64,000 nucleotides of DNA from Octopus vulgaris (Eukaryota): NCBI GenBank assembly GCA_951406725.2, contig OX597817.1, positions 91,450,001-91,514,000 of the forward strand, given 5' to 3'. The notes under the pieces are model-generated. The model was not told the origin of the DNA, ran no database searches, and saw nothing but the letters and a program-made list of their open reading frames with translations. Positions within the stretch are counted from its first letter, which is position 1; each line of letters opens with the position of its first letter. Of this stretch, positions 24,435-38,732 are shown in pieces. The translations under genes were made by a program, and so were the position numbers.

Positions 24435-26185
24435 TAATAGTTTCTTGCCTGTCTTATTTGTTCTTCTTCATGATTTTATATAAATCCCTTCACAAAAATT
24501 AAACTGTTCTCATAATGTTCCCCTCACATGATGCTTTCAAGACAAATAAAAGAATTCCCCATCATTATTATTATTAGGCATCTTATTAAAAACAGTAAAT
24601 CATCAAGCATTGTAGTATGAAGTTGAAAGGATTTGTGTTCTGAGTTCAAATCTTGCCAGGGTCAACTTTACCTTTCATCTTCCTGGTTTGACAGAAGAAA
24701 GTACCAGGCATGCACTGAGGTCAATATAATTAACTAAGCTCAGCTCCAAATTTGTTGCGTAGGGGCTGAGAAGAAACTGTCTCTAAGAGATCAGCAGATG
24801 TGGCTGATATCTACATTGCTTCAGTAGTGCACAATGACCTGACCATTTTATCTTGTCAATGGAAACATCTGACTGAATTAAAGTATGTGCTCTTTCACTT
24901 ATTGGAGAAGGGACACATTCTACTGGTCATGAGGTTCAACTGGTGTCAATGCACACAGAAGATATCATGAATGACAATGATGGGCTTGCACATACTGAGG
25001 TTGATGCATCAACTAAGATTCCTCAAAACAACATCAGTGATCAGGCATGGTTGCCATTTATGAAACACATTATTCAAAGCTTGTCTCATTGACTGATTTA
25101 AAGTCCTGCAACAATGGGATGGGATTGTCTGAGATTAACTCTATAAATATAGCAGTGATAGATTCACTGGCAATCAAACCTGACCCCAGCCCTAAATTGT
25201 GAACTCAAGCAGAAAGTGAGACAAAAAGGAGCCCATCTCCTATTTGAAATGTAAGAAGTTCTCAGTGTTTCAAACAGAAACAAGGAAGTGATGAACAATT
25301 TAAGTGAACCTTTGAAATGAACCTGGAACCATACAATTGTGAGGTAAACTTCTTAAGCACAAATATATACAAACACATACACATGCATACACAGACAGAT
25401 AGATATACAGAAAAATACAAAGAAATTTGTGAATTATTAGGTGAATTGATGACAATCGATTAAATATAATAGAATGTTAAGTCTATTGAAACTGCAACAA
25501 TGTCTTCATCTGCTGCTGTCAGAATATTCTGAAAACTCAATATTTTCACACATCAACCATTCCAGATTTAATTTTCACATCAATTTCTGAAATCTATGTT
25601 TCTGAATCTCCATGAAATTAGTGAATTAATAATATATTAAGGATAGAAATTGTGGAGATGGGTACATCAGGGTAAGTGTGATAGTTTTATTGCATCTCAG
25701 TTTCATACCTATATGTACTGAATTCAAATTCGATCATTGATCTCTAGATTTTATTTCACAAGCCCTTTCCAATATATACATAACTGCTACATTAGCATAT
25801 GAAGACAAAACAGAGAATAAAGACTTTTTAGTTCTGTTGGAATAGAGATAATCTGGTGCTGATCAACCAATGAGGAACATGTAAGCCATGTTTGGGGATG
25901 CAGCTAGCAAGATGAAAGTTAGCAGGTAGGGGTTCATTGAAAGGTGCCTTAGTTCTGAGCCTCTTTAGTCTTGCTGAGAACAAGATAACCTCTCTAGTGC
26001 TAGTGTCACTATAAGATGCCTACAATAAACGCTACAAAAGCATCAAGCCATTGCAATCATGCCAAAATAGAATGTATGAGTGACATGTTTAACCAATTTG
26101 TCTGGAGAGTAGACAGGGCAGTGACACTGAATAAAAACATGATGGCCCATCCAACTCATGTTAGTACAGAAATGCAGATGTTAAG

Positions 26186-26216
<31 letters not shown>

Positions 26217-26424
26217 ATGGTGGTGGTGATGATGAAGAAGAGGAGGAGGATCAATAATAGAGGGTACTAATAAAGTGATGGCACGGGCAGGGATTTTACT
26301 ACATCTAGCCTCTAAATTCTGTTACGTGCCCTTTTTATGTTATGAGTCTATGTTTAAAAATAACCGTCATTATTTTAATTTATCATCATATTGATATATA
26401 CATATTACATGTGTGTACGTATAT

Positions 26425-27325
26425 CATCATCATCATCATCGTTTAACGTCCGCTTTCCATGCTAGCATGGGTTGGACAATATAACTGAGGACTGGCGAAC
26501 CATATGGCTGCACCAGGCTCTGATCTTGATCTGGCAGAGTTTCTACAGCTGGATGCCCTTCCTAATGCCAACCACTCCGAGAGTATAGTGGGTGCTTTTA
26601 CATGCCACTGGCACAGCGGCCAGTCAGGTGGTAATGGCAACAACCTCGCTTGAATATTTTTTTCACATGCCAGTAAGGTGACGCTGGTAACGATCACACT
26701 CGAATGGTGCCTTTTATGTGCCACCGGCACAGAAGCCAGTTAGCCACTCTGCCAATGATCATGCTCGTATGGTGCTCTTAGTACCCCACTAGCACAGGGC
26801 ACAAGTGCCAGTAAAGCGATGCTGGTAACAATCACGCTTGAATGGTGCTTTTAACGTGCCACCGGCATGGAAGCCAGTTAGCTGCTCTGTCAACGATCAC
26901 GCTCGGATGGTGCTCTTAGCGCCCCACTAGCACGGATGCCAGTCATCAAAATTTGATTTCGATTTTACTTACCTCAACAGGTCTTCGCAAGCAGAGTTTA
27001 GTGTCCAAAGAAGGAAAGGTACGCATAAGTGGGCTGGTTACACCCCTGGCATAGACCATGAGGTTATGGTCTCATTTGGCTTGCTGGGTCTTCTCAAGCA
27101 CAGCATATTTCCAAAAGCCCCGGTCACTAGTTATTTTCTTGGTGAGGCCTAATGTTCAAAGGTTGTGCTTCACCACTTCATCCCAGGTCTTCCTGGGTCT
27201 ACCTCTTCCACAGGTTCCCCCAACCATTAGGGTGTGGCACATTTTCACACAGCTATCCTCATCCATTCTCGCCACATGACCATACCAGCACAGTCATCTC
27301 TCTTGCACACCGCATCTGATGCTAC
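26425..27325 (-). mobile_element. RTE LINE 3' fragment with 3' UTR array
   Basis: ORF2 C-terminus (RPRKTWDEVVKHNL), about 5-6 repeat motifs, (cat)n end. Confidence 0.88.
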
Positions 27326-28734
27326 ATCATATATATATATTATATATATATATATATATATAATTGCTTTTCACTGAGGTTCAGTAAAATATACATGACC
27401 ATAAATATTTTCAGTATCACCATCACCATCATTACACAACTGTTCATATGACATCTTTTCTGTCAGTCTGCTTGTGATTCCATTGTATCTTTTGTGTACC
27501 CACAATATACACTGAATTCCTACTTATTACTTCTTACCTTATTAAATATGGCCACTTCCTAGAGATCTGGGGGTGGGGATTGTGTTAAATAAAACTATTT
27601 GCTTGGTTTACTTTAAGACATCTTAATTCTAGACTTTGTTTCTAGATTTGGAATTTCTTCTCACATTTTTTAACAGATTCAGTTAAGGGTACCAGTTCAT
27701 TAAACGTTTCCATGGACAGCTTCCCTTAAAAGCCTTTGTTTTTACCTGAAGAGCCATAATAAGCAAGACGGGGCTCAGAACTAAGGCACCTTTCAGTGAA
27801 CCTCTACCTGCAAACTCTCATCTTGCTAGTTGCATCCCTGAACATGACTTACATGTTACTCATAAGTTATGTGCTATTTTCTTAACCAGCATTAAACTAC
27901 AGAGCATGACACTCTGTCAAAAATATTCTTTAGGTTAACAAAAGCTAAGTAGTACGGCTGTACTTAAATAAGAACTTTCTGGTAGCTGTCTCATTAAGAA
28001 GAGTGTGTTAGTGTTGCCAAGCACAAACTTAAACTTCATCTCCTCTAAGCTAATTTTCTTTCTAATTTAAGGTACTGTAGTTTATTCTGTTACTTTCATA
28101 ATTTGGTCCGTCAACTTGATGTCTATGTAATAGTTTCTTTATAGCGAATCTCCTCTTACCTTTTAACACTTTATATACCAGTCATTACAAACAACCCCTT
28201 CCTGTATTATCTGAGTGACTATGTGAAAGATTAGTATGTGGCCTACTTCATTAGATTTTTCATCATCTTGGTGACTATACCTACTGGTCAGGCTCCATTC
28301 TCTCCTTTTAAATTCTCAATGATCATTTCAGCAGTATGACAATCAATTTCAAATAGCTGATACCTCAGGTGGATCTTTTCACAGATAGTTCATTCTCTCC
28401 AATGCATCCTCCATCTTTTAGTGACCACTTGTAGTAACATTTCCATGTGTTTCTGTTTAATGCCACTGAGGGCTACACATACACAGTTTTCACCAATGAC
28501 ATCCTGATCCAAACGGACACACTACTTTACCATCTCAGACAAGTAAACTTCTGATCCTTTCACTGCAAAACATTGGTTAATATTTTACTTTCTGCTTTTT
28601 CCCCTCCTAAATATACCTGATGTAAAGCTTCTATCTTAACTACCTGATATTATGGCTGTCTCTACAGTGATATATATAAATTTAATAAATATGTGCTTGT
28701 ATGTATATATATGTGTGTGTCTGTTGTGTGAAGA

Positions 28735-28782
<48 letters not shown>

Positions 28783-29129
28783 TATATGTGACCTCGTGTG
28801 TACCGTTGGCGATTTTTTTTTTCCTCTGTCTTCCCTTCTCCTATGTTTCCTACGAAGAGCTCTGCTCGAAACATTAAACCCTCCTTCTTTCCTTCTTTCC
28901 TGAGCGTCCATTAAATACTATATTTGTTCCACGTCCTCGCGTTGTGTTTTTTTGTGCTTTCTTGTTTGGATTAACTTTATATACATATATACATATATAT
29001 ATACATATATACATATATATATACATATATACATATGTATATACATACATATATAAATATATATATACATACATATATACATACATATATACATATATAT
29101 ATATATACATTATATATATATACATATAC

Positions 29130-29192
<63 letters not shown>

Positions 29193-29749
29193 GTGAATTT
29201 CTCCCACACTCACATACATACAAAGATACAGGTTTCATTATGTAATGTGCTTCCTACTTGGTGGCTATAGAAATATGATCTAGATGAAAGACATACAGCA
29301 AACAAACAACCCACTGACTATCCAGCCAACTGACTAATCAACCATCGACCATCCGACCATCCAATAATCACTGCAACAAACTGAAGGGCCATTATCTCAT
29401 GGATACAGACAAAACAAATGTAGAAGAGTTTTTCAGACTGTATTTCTGCCACCTACTCACAGAAATATTTTAAAAATTTCTTTGTTATTTTCCTGATTTT
29501 TCAATCCTCCAAACTACATCACTGAATAAAGATGGCAAATAGGAAAGAGTCATACATAATAGTGGAATTATTTCCAAATATAGGGATTGTTGTAAGCCAA
29601 ATCATTTAAGCAATAAGAAATAACAGACAAGACAATATTTCTAAATTCATGGTGAATTACTGAAATAGACTTCTACACCATATCTACTTCCATATTTTCT
29701 GCTCTATTTATTGACATTTAGAGTATATGGACATTTAAAATATACATAA

Positions 29750-30754
29750 CTAGCAGTATCGCCCGGCGTTGCTCGGGTTTGTAAGGGAAATAACTATATA
29801 AGCATTTTTAGAGAGTTACTTCCCTTATAGATGCCAATTCGGGCTTTCTTAGCCATTTCTGTTTTGGTGTTCTAAAAGAACGCTGGTCTCCTTGACAACG
29901 CTTTACGACGTTGATTTCCTTACACTCCCTTCCCCACAGCTTCACGAGGGAGGGAAGAAGGGGGAGAAGCAAACAGGTGCAGTTGTGAGCGTGGATGCCA
30001 ACTCCGCCACCATCAACACACGAAAAATTATGCATTAAAATGGAATAAAAAATGATGTTAAATTATTTTAAAAATCGTAGACTCATTGTAGACGCGCGCT
30101 AATACTCAGACGGGCTCAATATGAATCACGACTATAAGATACCCAAATTTGGTTAAACTGCACTGCAAAATGTGGGAGTAGTTAGGAATCTAAATCGAAG
30201 GGGACAGACACTCACACAACTACAGTTTTATATATATAGACTAGCAGTATCGCCCGGCGTTGCTCGGGTTTGTAAGGGAAATAACTATATAAGCATTTTT
30301 AGAGAGTTACTTCCTTTATAGATGCCAATTCGGGCTTTCTTAGCCATTTCTGTTTTGGTGTCTTCAAGCCATGAAGTCGTTGTTCTAAAAGAACGCTGGT
30401 CTCCTTGACAACGCATTACGACGTTGATTTCCTTACACTCCCTTCCCCACAGCTTCACGAGGGAGGGAAGAAGGGGGAGAAGCAAACAGGTGCAGTTGTG
30501 AGCGTGGATGCCAACTCCGCCGCCATCGACACACGAAAAATTATGCATTAAAATGGAATAAAAAAATGATGTTAAATTATTTTTTAAATCGTAGACTCAT
30601 CGTTGACGCGCGCTAATAGCCAGACGGGCTCGATATGAATCACGACTATAAGATACCCGAATTTGGTTAAACTGCATCGCAAAATGTGGGAGGAGTAAGG
30701 AATCTAAATCGAAGGGGACAGACACTCACACAACTAGAGTTTTATATATATAGA
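29750..30754 (-). mobile_element. Head-to-tail dimer of a non-autonomous Helitron (29750-30240; 30241-30754)
   Basis: On the minus strand each unit starts TCTATATATATAAAAC and ends with hairpin cccgagcaacgccggg plus CTAG. Junction is CTAG|TC; insertion site A|T. Confidence 0.88.
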
Positions 30755-30854
30755 TATATAATATGATATTGTATTGTATTTTGTTCTAATACAATTTGAT
30801 TTCATTTGAAACAAATGAAACAAAAAACAGAAGGAAATAATAATGCTGAAGTTT

Positions 30855-30867
30855 AATATCATCATCA

Positions 30868-30931
<64 letters not shown>

Positions 30932-31060
30932 CATTATTATTATTATTATTATTATCATTATTATTATTATTATCATCATTATTATTATTATTATTATCAT
31001 TATTATTATTATTACTATTATTATTATTATTATAATCATAGTAAATATATTATTATTATT
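30855..31060. repeat. (ATT)n microsatellite
   Basis: Direct observation; source of the poly-Ile ORFs. Confidence 0.95.
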
Positions 31061-31648
31061 GTAGATGATATTGTAATGCTCAACACTCATACTTAATCTC
31101 TTACCCTCCTCTTTCAATATACAACATTGTGATACTAACGTGTGTGTGAGTTTGTATGCATATGTGTATGTGTATACGCACACACAGACACACACAAACA
31201 TACAAATATATGTATTCATACATCTATTTATGTAATGCACACATATTAGCTATTCACTTGCAAACATTCTATTACAGAACCACATTTCCATAGATACACA
31301 CACACACATATGGGTATGTTTTAAAAGACATCAAATACACAATCTCCATTATGTATTTCCTATTTTATTTATATATAGTGTCATGAAACTTATTACACAC
31401 ATATATATGACATTAGTTGTATATAATTACATTTCAAATTACCTTATTATCATGTTCACCGATCTCTGTGTCTGTACCTATATTCTGTAACTAATTATGT
31501 TTCATACACACACACACACACATGTATATATGTATATATATAGAGAGGGAGCGAGATAGTGATACAGTTAAACATCATTTAGGCCTGATATATATAAATT
31601 TACATATATATACAAAATATAGTTACATAGATAGGGATATCTATATAT

Positions 31649-31684
<36 letters not shown>

Positions 31685-31752
31685 TAGATATATATTATAT
31701 ATATATATAACCTAAATATATTCAGAAGATAAACACATGTTCCAGCATATAG

Positions 31753-34700
31753 ATCATCATCATCATCATCGTTTAACGTCCGTTCTCCATGCTAGCATGG
31801 GTTGGACGGTTCGACCGGGGATCTGGGGAGCCACAAGGCTGCACCAGACTCCAGTCTTATCTGGCAATGTTTCTACAGCTGGATGCCCTTCCTAATGCCA
31901 ACCACTCCGTGAGTGTAGTGGGTGCTTTTTATGTGCCACCTGCACAGGTGCCAGGCGAGGCTGGCAACGGCCACGGTCGGATTGGTTTATTTTACGTGCC
32001 ACCGGCACGGAGGCCAGTCGAAGCAGCACTGGCATCGGCCACGAGTCGGATAGTGCTTTTTACATACCACCAGACCAGGGATCCTGGCTGGTTCAATTCG
32101 ATTTCGATTTCGCTTGCCCCAACATGTCTTCGCAAGCAAAGGGGGCTGGCATGGGTGCCTGTTGTTGGATGAGGTTCTATATCGACTTCGCTTGCCTCAA
32201 CAGGTCTTTGTGTCCAAGGGAGGAAAGGCATGCATAAGTGGGCTGGGCTCACTTGACCTGCCTGGTCTTCTCACGTACAGCATGTTTCCAAAGGTCTCGG
32301 TCGCTGGTCATTTCCTCAGTGAGGCCTAAAGTTTGAAGGTCGTGCTTCACCACCTCATCCCAGGTTTTCCTGGGTCTACCTCTTCCATGGGTTCCCTCAA
32401 CTGCTAGGGATTGGCACTTTCTCACACACCTATCTTCATCCATTCTCACCACATGACCATACCAGCGCAATCGTCTCTCTTGCACACCACAACTGATGCT
32501 TCTTAGGTACAACATTTCTCTCAAGGTACTAACGCTCTGTCGAGTATGTACACTGACATTACACATCCATCGGAGCATACTGGCTTCATTCCTCACAAGC
32601 TTACGCATGTCCTCAGCAGTCACGGCCCATGTTTCACTGCCATGTAGCATGGCTGTTCGTACACATGCATCATACAGTCTGCCCTTTACTCTGAGTGAGA
32701 GGCCTTTAGTCACCAGCAAGATCTCCCTAAACTTTACCCAGGCTATTCTTATTCTAGCAGTTACACTTTCAGCGCACCCACCCCCACTACTGACTTCTAG
32801 TTTTTCCCCCTGGAAAGTGACGGAAGTTGTTTTCTGCAGATTTTCGGAGGTTAATGCTCCCGAGCATCTGCCACATACAAAAACTATCATCTCAGTTAGC
32901 CTACCTTTGACATTGTTGCACCTCTTATGTGTCCATAGCTTACACTGGGTACATCTTATAGAGTTTCTACCTACACCTTTTCTACAGATCGAGCAGGGCC
33001 ATCTTCCTGAAGACATTTGTGGATTGTCTACCTTCCTACTTATTACGAATTTGGTTTTAGCTAGATTGACTCTAAGGCCCCTCGATTCTAAGCCCTCCTT
33101 CCACACCTGGAACTTCTCCTCCAGTTCTGATAGTGACTCAGCAATTAGAGCAAGGTCGTCAGCATAGAGGAGCTCCCAGGGGCAACCTGTCTTGAATTCC
33201 TCCGTAATTGCCTGGAGGACTATGATAAATAGGAGGGGGCTGAGTACTGAACCCTGGTGGACCCCAACCTCTACTTCGAATTCTTCTGTGTACATGTTGC
33301 CAACCCTAACCTTACTTACGGCATCTCTGTACATGGTTTGCACAGCCCTCACCAGCCATTCATCTATCCCTAGTTTCCTCATTGACCACCAGATAAGGGA
33401 TCGGGGGACCCTATCAAAGGCTTTCTCCATGTCAACGAAAGCCAGGTACAGGGGCTTATCTTTGGCCAGGTATTTCTCCTGCAGCTGCCTTACCAGGAAT
33501 ATAGCATCAGTGGTACTTTTCCCTGGCATGAACCCAAACTGCATCTCATCTAAACTAACTCTCTCTCTAATTAGTTGGGCTATGACCCTCTCCGTAACCT
33601 TCATTACCTGATCCAACAGCTTGATACCTCTGTAATTATTTGTATCTAGGGCATCACCTTTACCTTTGTAGCAGTTGACTAGTATGCTGCTACACCAGTC
33701 ATTGGGTATGACTCCTTCGTGTATCACCTGGTTGACTATACAGGTGACTAGGTTATAGCCGACACTGCCAGATATTTTGAGCATCTCTACAGTAATTCCT
33801 GATGGGCCTGGGGCTTTCCCTGTCTTCATGCTTCTAATTGCTTTAACTACCAAAGAATTTTCAACTCGGATGGCTTGTCCCTCTGTTGGGTTGACATTCG
33901 GCAGACTCTCTTTATCCCATTCATTTTCTTTATTCAGCAACCTTTCATAGTGGCATCTCCAAACCTCTCTCTTTGCATCCTCATTTAGCACAAGTGAACC
34001 ATCATCCATGCGAACACACTTCTCTCCTACCACATCACGATTCTCTCTCACACACTGTCTTGCAACACGAAATACCTCAAGTCTTTCATCCTCACGGCTG
34101 AGAACATTGGCAAATTTTTTCTTATCCGCTTCCCCTCTGGCTAAATAAACCTGTCTCCTAGCTTCCCTTCTGGCTGTCTGATACAATTCCCTGCTACCAC
34201 CGTTCTTCCAGTCCTTCCAAGCCTGTCTCTTTTGTCTAATAGCCCTGTCAACCACAGTGTTCCATCACCATGTTACTCTGGGTCGAGATGGTACTTTGCT
34301 CCATCCACAGATCTGGTCAGTGGCTGTCAGCAGATTGTCCCGTAGAAATCTCCAGTTGTCTTCCACATTAAGTGAAGCTATATCCCCTTCTATTTCGTTA
34401 AAGGCTTCGAGTAGTATGTCTCTAAATCTCTGTCCATTTGCAGGATCTTTAAGCTTCCAGACACTTCTCCTCCAAGCAGATCTTCTTCTGGGCAACCATT
34501 TAGCTCTGATCCTGAAGTCGCTAACTACTAATCTATGTTGAGGAGTACATTCTTTTTCTGGCAAGGATGTAGTCAATCTGGCTAGTGTGTCTGCCAGAAC
34601 GGTAGGTGACTAGGTGAGAGGTGGGTTTCCTGAAGTTGCTATTGCAGACCATAAGGTCATTTGCATCGCAGAACTCCAGCAGCCTGGTTCCCTCCTCATT

Positions 34701-35630
34701 ACGAGAGCCAAAACCGTAGCCTCCATGAATGCCATGGAAGCCCCCGACATGCCAACCAACATGTCCATTGAAATCACCTGCCACGAAGAGAAGGTCACTG
34801 TCATTTGTCAACGAGGTAGTCCGCAATAGGGTGTCATAGAATTGGTCTTTTTGTCCTTCCGGTAGCCCTGGTTGAGGGGCATATGCCGAGATGACGGTAG
34901 CTGACCCATGGTGAAGGACTAATCTAATTTTAATTACTCTGTCACTTAGTCTGACTACCTCGATTACCTTATCTACCCATTTCTCCGCAAGAAGTATACT
35001 CACGCCCCCGACCCCGTCAGTGTTCCCTGCCCAGAAAATCTTGTACCTGTGTTCCTTGCCTGTGAGGTGCCTAGCGGAACCTCCTCTCCACCTTACTTCC
35101 TGGATGCAGCATAAATCCACATGTCTCCGTTCAAGCAGCTCTACAATCTCTCCCGATCTACCTTTCAATGTGCCAACATTGAGTGTGCCAACTCTGAGGG
35201 TGTGGGAGGTGTGGGCCTCTGAGACCCTGGGATGAGGGACAGCTGTGTCATGTACCTGAAAAGAAAGCTTGCATTTGGCAGATTTCATATGGAAACACTA
35301 GACTACAACCTGCATATATTTCACAGTTTTTGCGCTATATGATCAGATAAACCCTACATAGAGGTGGGGGTGGGGTAGTTAAGTAAGACAGGGGTAGAAA
35401 CTTCCGGTATTGGGGTAGAAACTTCCGGTATTGGTGGAGGAGGTGGGAGGGCGGGCGAACATCTAAGCAACGAGTTTGAATATAATTCGTAAGGAATTCT
35501 CTCTGCAACAAATTTACTGAATTTGAGGGGAAAAATAATTAGATAGATGAAAACCAGAGAGAGAATAAATAAATACAGAGAGAGAATAAATAGATAAATA
35601 AATAAATAAATACGATACGATACGATAACG
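31753..35630 (-). mobile_element. Near full-length RTE LINE (APE endonuclease + RT + PHD-like finger), inactivated
   Basis: APE: GTLNVGTL, CIQEVRW, SAYAPQ, GDFNGHVG, SQIDYIL (34533..35288). RT: LYADD (32249..34255). Frameshifts near 34545 and 34260 and in-frame deletions (lost VDSFRYLGDQ). 5' boundary uncertain. Confidence 0.93.
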
Positions 35631-35994
35631 CTGAAAATAGAGGTGGAATTTTAAAATGCATGAAGACCTCTAAATCTCTCACACCATGATGTGAATTGCT
35701 ATCTTCCAATCTCCCATCCAGATGAAGGAAGCTGAGATTATAATAATGTCTCTATGTATCCATCTCTCCATGACTTTTTGCACATTCCTTCTGCTAATTA
35801 TGAACATTACAGTTATTACATATCTCCAAGCTCCCAGAAACAGCTGTTGAGTTAAAAAGCTATGCACTTCCTGCTTAGTTTTCTGTATTTTTTATACTCC
35901 ATATAAAAATAAGTTTAATTTTTCAAAATATATAAATATCTATATGCTAGAACATATGTCTTTATTTTCTGAATATATTGAGATTTTGTTTCTA

Positions 35995-36285
35995 TCATCA
36001 TCGTTTAACGTCCGCTTTCCATGCTAACATGGATTGAACGATTTTGACTGAGGGCTGGCAAACAAGATGGCTGCACCAGGGTCCAATCTTGATTTGGCAG
36101 AGTTTATACAGCTGGATGCCCTTCCTAACGCCAACCACTCTGAAAGTGTAGTGGGTGTTTTTTACATGCCACCGGCACAGGGGCCAGTCAGGCGGTACTG
36201 GCAATGACCTCGCTCGAATCTTTTTACACATGCCACCAGCACAGGTGCCAGTAAGGCGACATTGGTAACGATCACGCTCGAATGA
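35995..36285 (-). mobile_element. RTE 3' UTR fragment
   Basis: cgtttaacgtccgctttccatgct... plus repeat motifs; similar fragment at 39010-39195. Confidence 0.8.
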
Positions 36286-36289
36286 AATA

Positions 36290-36530
36290 AATATTTCTTC
36301 CTCGAACCATGCCAGCTCATAAGAACTGGTTTCCTGGTTTCAGTGGCGTATATATTCCCCACCTGGATGGGATGCTGATCCATTGCCAGATTACTCATTT
36401 TTGCCAATTGAGTGGACTGGAGTAACGTGAAAGGAAGTGTCTTGCTCAAGAACACAATGCATTACCCGGTCCAGGAATCAAAATCTCAATCTTACAATCA
36501 TGAGTCCAACACTCTAACCACTATGCCACG
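36290..36530 (-). mobile_element. tRNA-derived SINE with CORE-like domain
   Basis: Minus strand: gtggcatagtggttagagtgttggactcatg...gattcctgg head, then tgtgttcttgagcaagacactt. Confidence 0.65.
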
Positions 36531-36738
36531 TATCTCTATTGTCTATATACATATCCCAATATATAGCTATATGTGTATATGTATTTATATATATCAAGCC
36601 TAATTATGTTTATCTGCATCACAATTTCATCAGCTCACCTGGATTTCTCTTACAATAATGACTTCACAATTTAAGTTCAAATCATTTGAGCACTACTATG
36701 TGTTTTCTATATTGAACATCTCTAGATCTCACCTATTG

Positions 36739-36780
<42 letters not shown>

Positions 36781-37581
36781 GGACAACAGTGAGAGTAGTT
36801 GATAAGATAAAGGCAAGAATAAGTGTTGGGTAGCAATAGCAGTGACCCGAGAGAGAGAGAGAGTGATGGCCGAGAGTATAGAAGACCAAAGCTAGATAGT
36901 ATTAGTTAGGTTACAAAAGATTTCTACATGAGTCAACATCTAACCATGGCTGAAGTACTTCCTGACCATAAAAAGGAATCCTTATGTTTTTGTGATGTGG
37001 TTTTGATAATGCTTTACATATGGATTTAGCAAGTGAGTTCGCTGTTCGCTGTCAATCATTCTCCCTCACATACTCTACCCCAAACGTCCCTGCCTTTTCC
37101 AGCATACACTTTCTCCTTTTACCTGTAACTCCTGATATTGTCACTGTCTCTTCTCTTCCTTCCCTTGGCCATCCAAGCAAATGTACATGTTCTAAGTTAT
37201 TGGTACTCTCTAATACATACATTCTCCCCACCTCTCATCCACTAGCTTCTAGCCTTTCTGTTGTCACTCTTTCTCCCATTCTCTTTCACATCATAGGTTA
37301 CTGAGCACATCATAGTCTACACATCATAGGTTACTGAGCACTCTTTTACATTTGAGTGCTTATAAGGCATCTCACCTATACTAGTGCCATGAAGGAATCC
37401 CTCAATATTCTATTCCTAGAGACTTCTGAGTGAGGTAACTGCTCTATTGTTGGTGTCACAAAAATATACCTAGTACACACAGTAAAGTGGTTTGTAAAAA
37501 AGAAAAGAAAGCATAGAATTTAACACTGTATTGTTGAGAACAACTGAACTTTTCTACAAGAAAATGCACTCAGTATACTCT

Positions 37582-38660
37582 TGTTGTAGTGAAAATGGTA
37601 TTCCCCTTCCTACTTGACAAAGTGGTATGAGAGTCACTACAAAGTCAGACAGTCAGTTATTGTAGGGCGTCAGTAGTAGTAGTAGAGTCATTGTATGAGT
37701 TCTCAGTTGGACTCAGTGTCAAAGTCAGTTACGTGATACATACAAGTTTGAGTTACCATCAAGGTAGACATCTCAAAGTCATTGCCTTGTGGAGCTATCA
37801 GCAATAGCATGATAGACAAGTCAAAGATAAGAAGTGGAATACAGTCACAACATAATAGTGGCGACAAGAATATTACAGTGCTGACAATAACATACAAGTG
37901 GACAAGAATCCACATTATAACAGTGGTGATGAAGATATAAACAATTCACGTGGACAACATTGAAAAATGTTTTCATGTGGAGAAATTGAAAACTTGACAG
38001 AGGAGTAACAAACATTTTTGCTGTATATACTTTACAAAAAGTCAGTAAAATTATGGAAAACTTGTTAGAGGGTTTAGCTGAGTTGCAAAAACAGCAACAA
38101 CAACAACTCAAAGAACAACAAGAAAAACAAATGTTATAGTAACAAATACTACAACTATTGAAGTTAGTAACAAAACTGGAAAATACATTTTTGCCAAGTC
38201 ATATAGCAAATTCATTAAATGAATTTAAATATGACCCAGAAGAAAATGTCACCTTTGAGGTATATTAACAAAGATTTGAACAAATTTCGAAAAAGAATGC
38301 CGAGACTGGATGGACGAAATGATACCATTTTTAATTCTGAGGAAACTGGTGAGGATAGAGCGTGAAGTATACAGTAACTTTATATTACCTAAAAAAGTTT
38401 CTAACATAAATTTCACAGACACAATTGACATTTCATGTAAGATATTCAGGGAAAACAACATCATTGTTAAACACACATTGGAAGTGTTTGAACATGGAGA
38501 AAAGTGAGACAAAGACTTTATCGCATATATGGGTAGGGTGAACAGAGAGTGCAAGAGATTTAAACTAGATAAACTAATTCCAGACTTGTTCAAGTGCCTA
38601 AATTTTGTTCAGGGACTTACTGCTAAACAGGAAGCAGAAGTCAGAATGAAAATCTTGCAA
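37582..38660 (+). mobile_element. Gypsy-type LTR retrotransposon remnant (LTR, PBS, gag fragment)
   Basis: LTR tgttgt...acaaca (37582-37852), PBS-like tggcgac at 37859, gag-like EFKYDPEENVTF...RVNRECKRFKL...[11 protein letters not shown] with stops. Confidence 0.75.
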
Positions 38661-38687
38661 GCTGGAATGAACCAGGGGTATATATAC

Positions 38688-38732
<45 letters not shown>

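Noticed and set aside
35290-35640. HDV-like or twister ribozyme at the RTE 5' end
   Set aside because: I could not fit the nested double pseudoknot or the twister consensus by eye.
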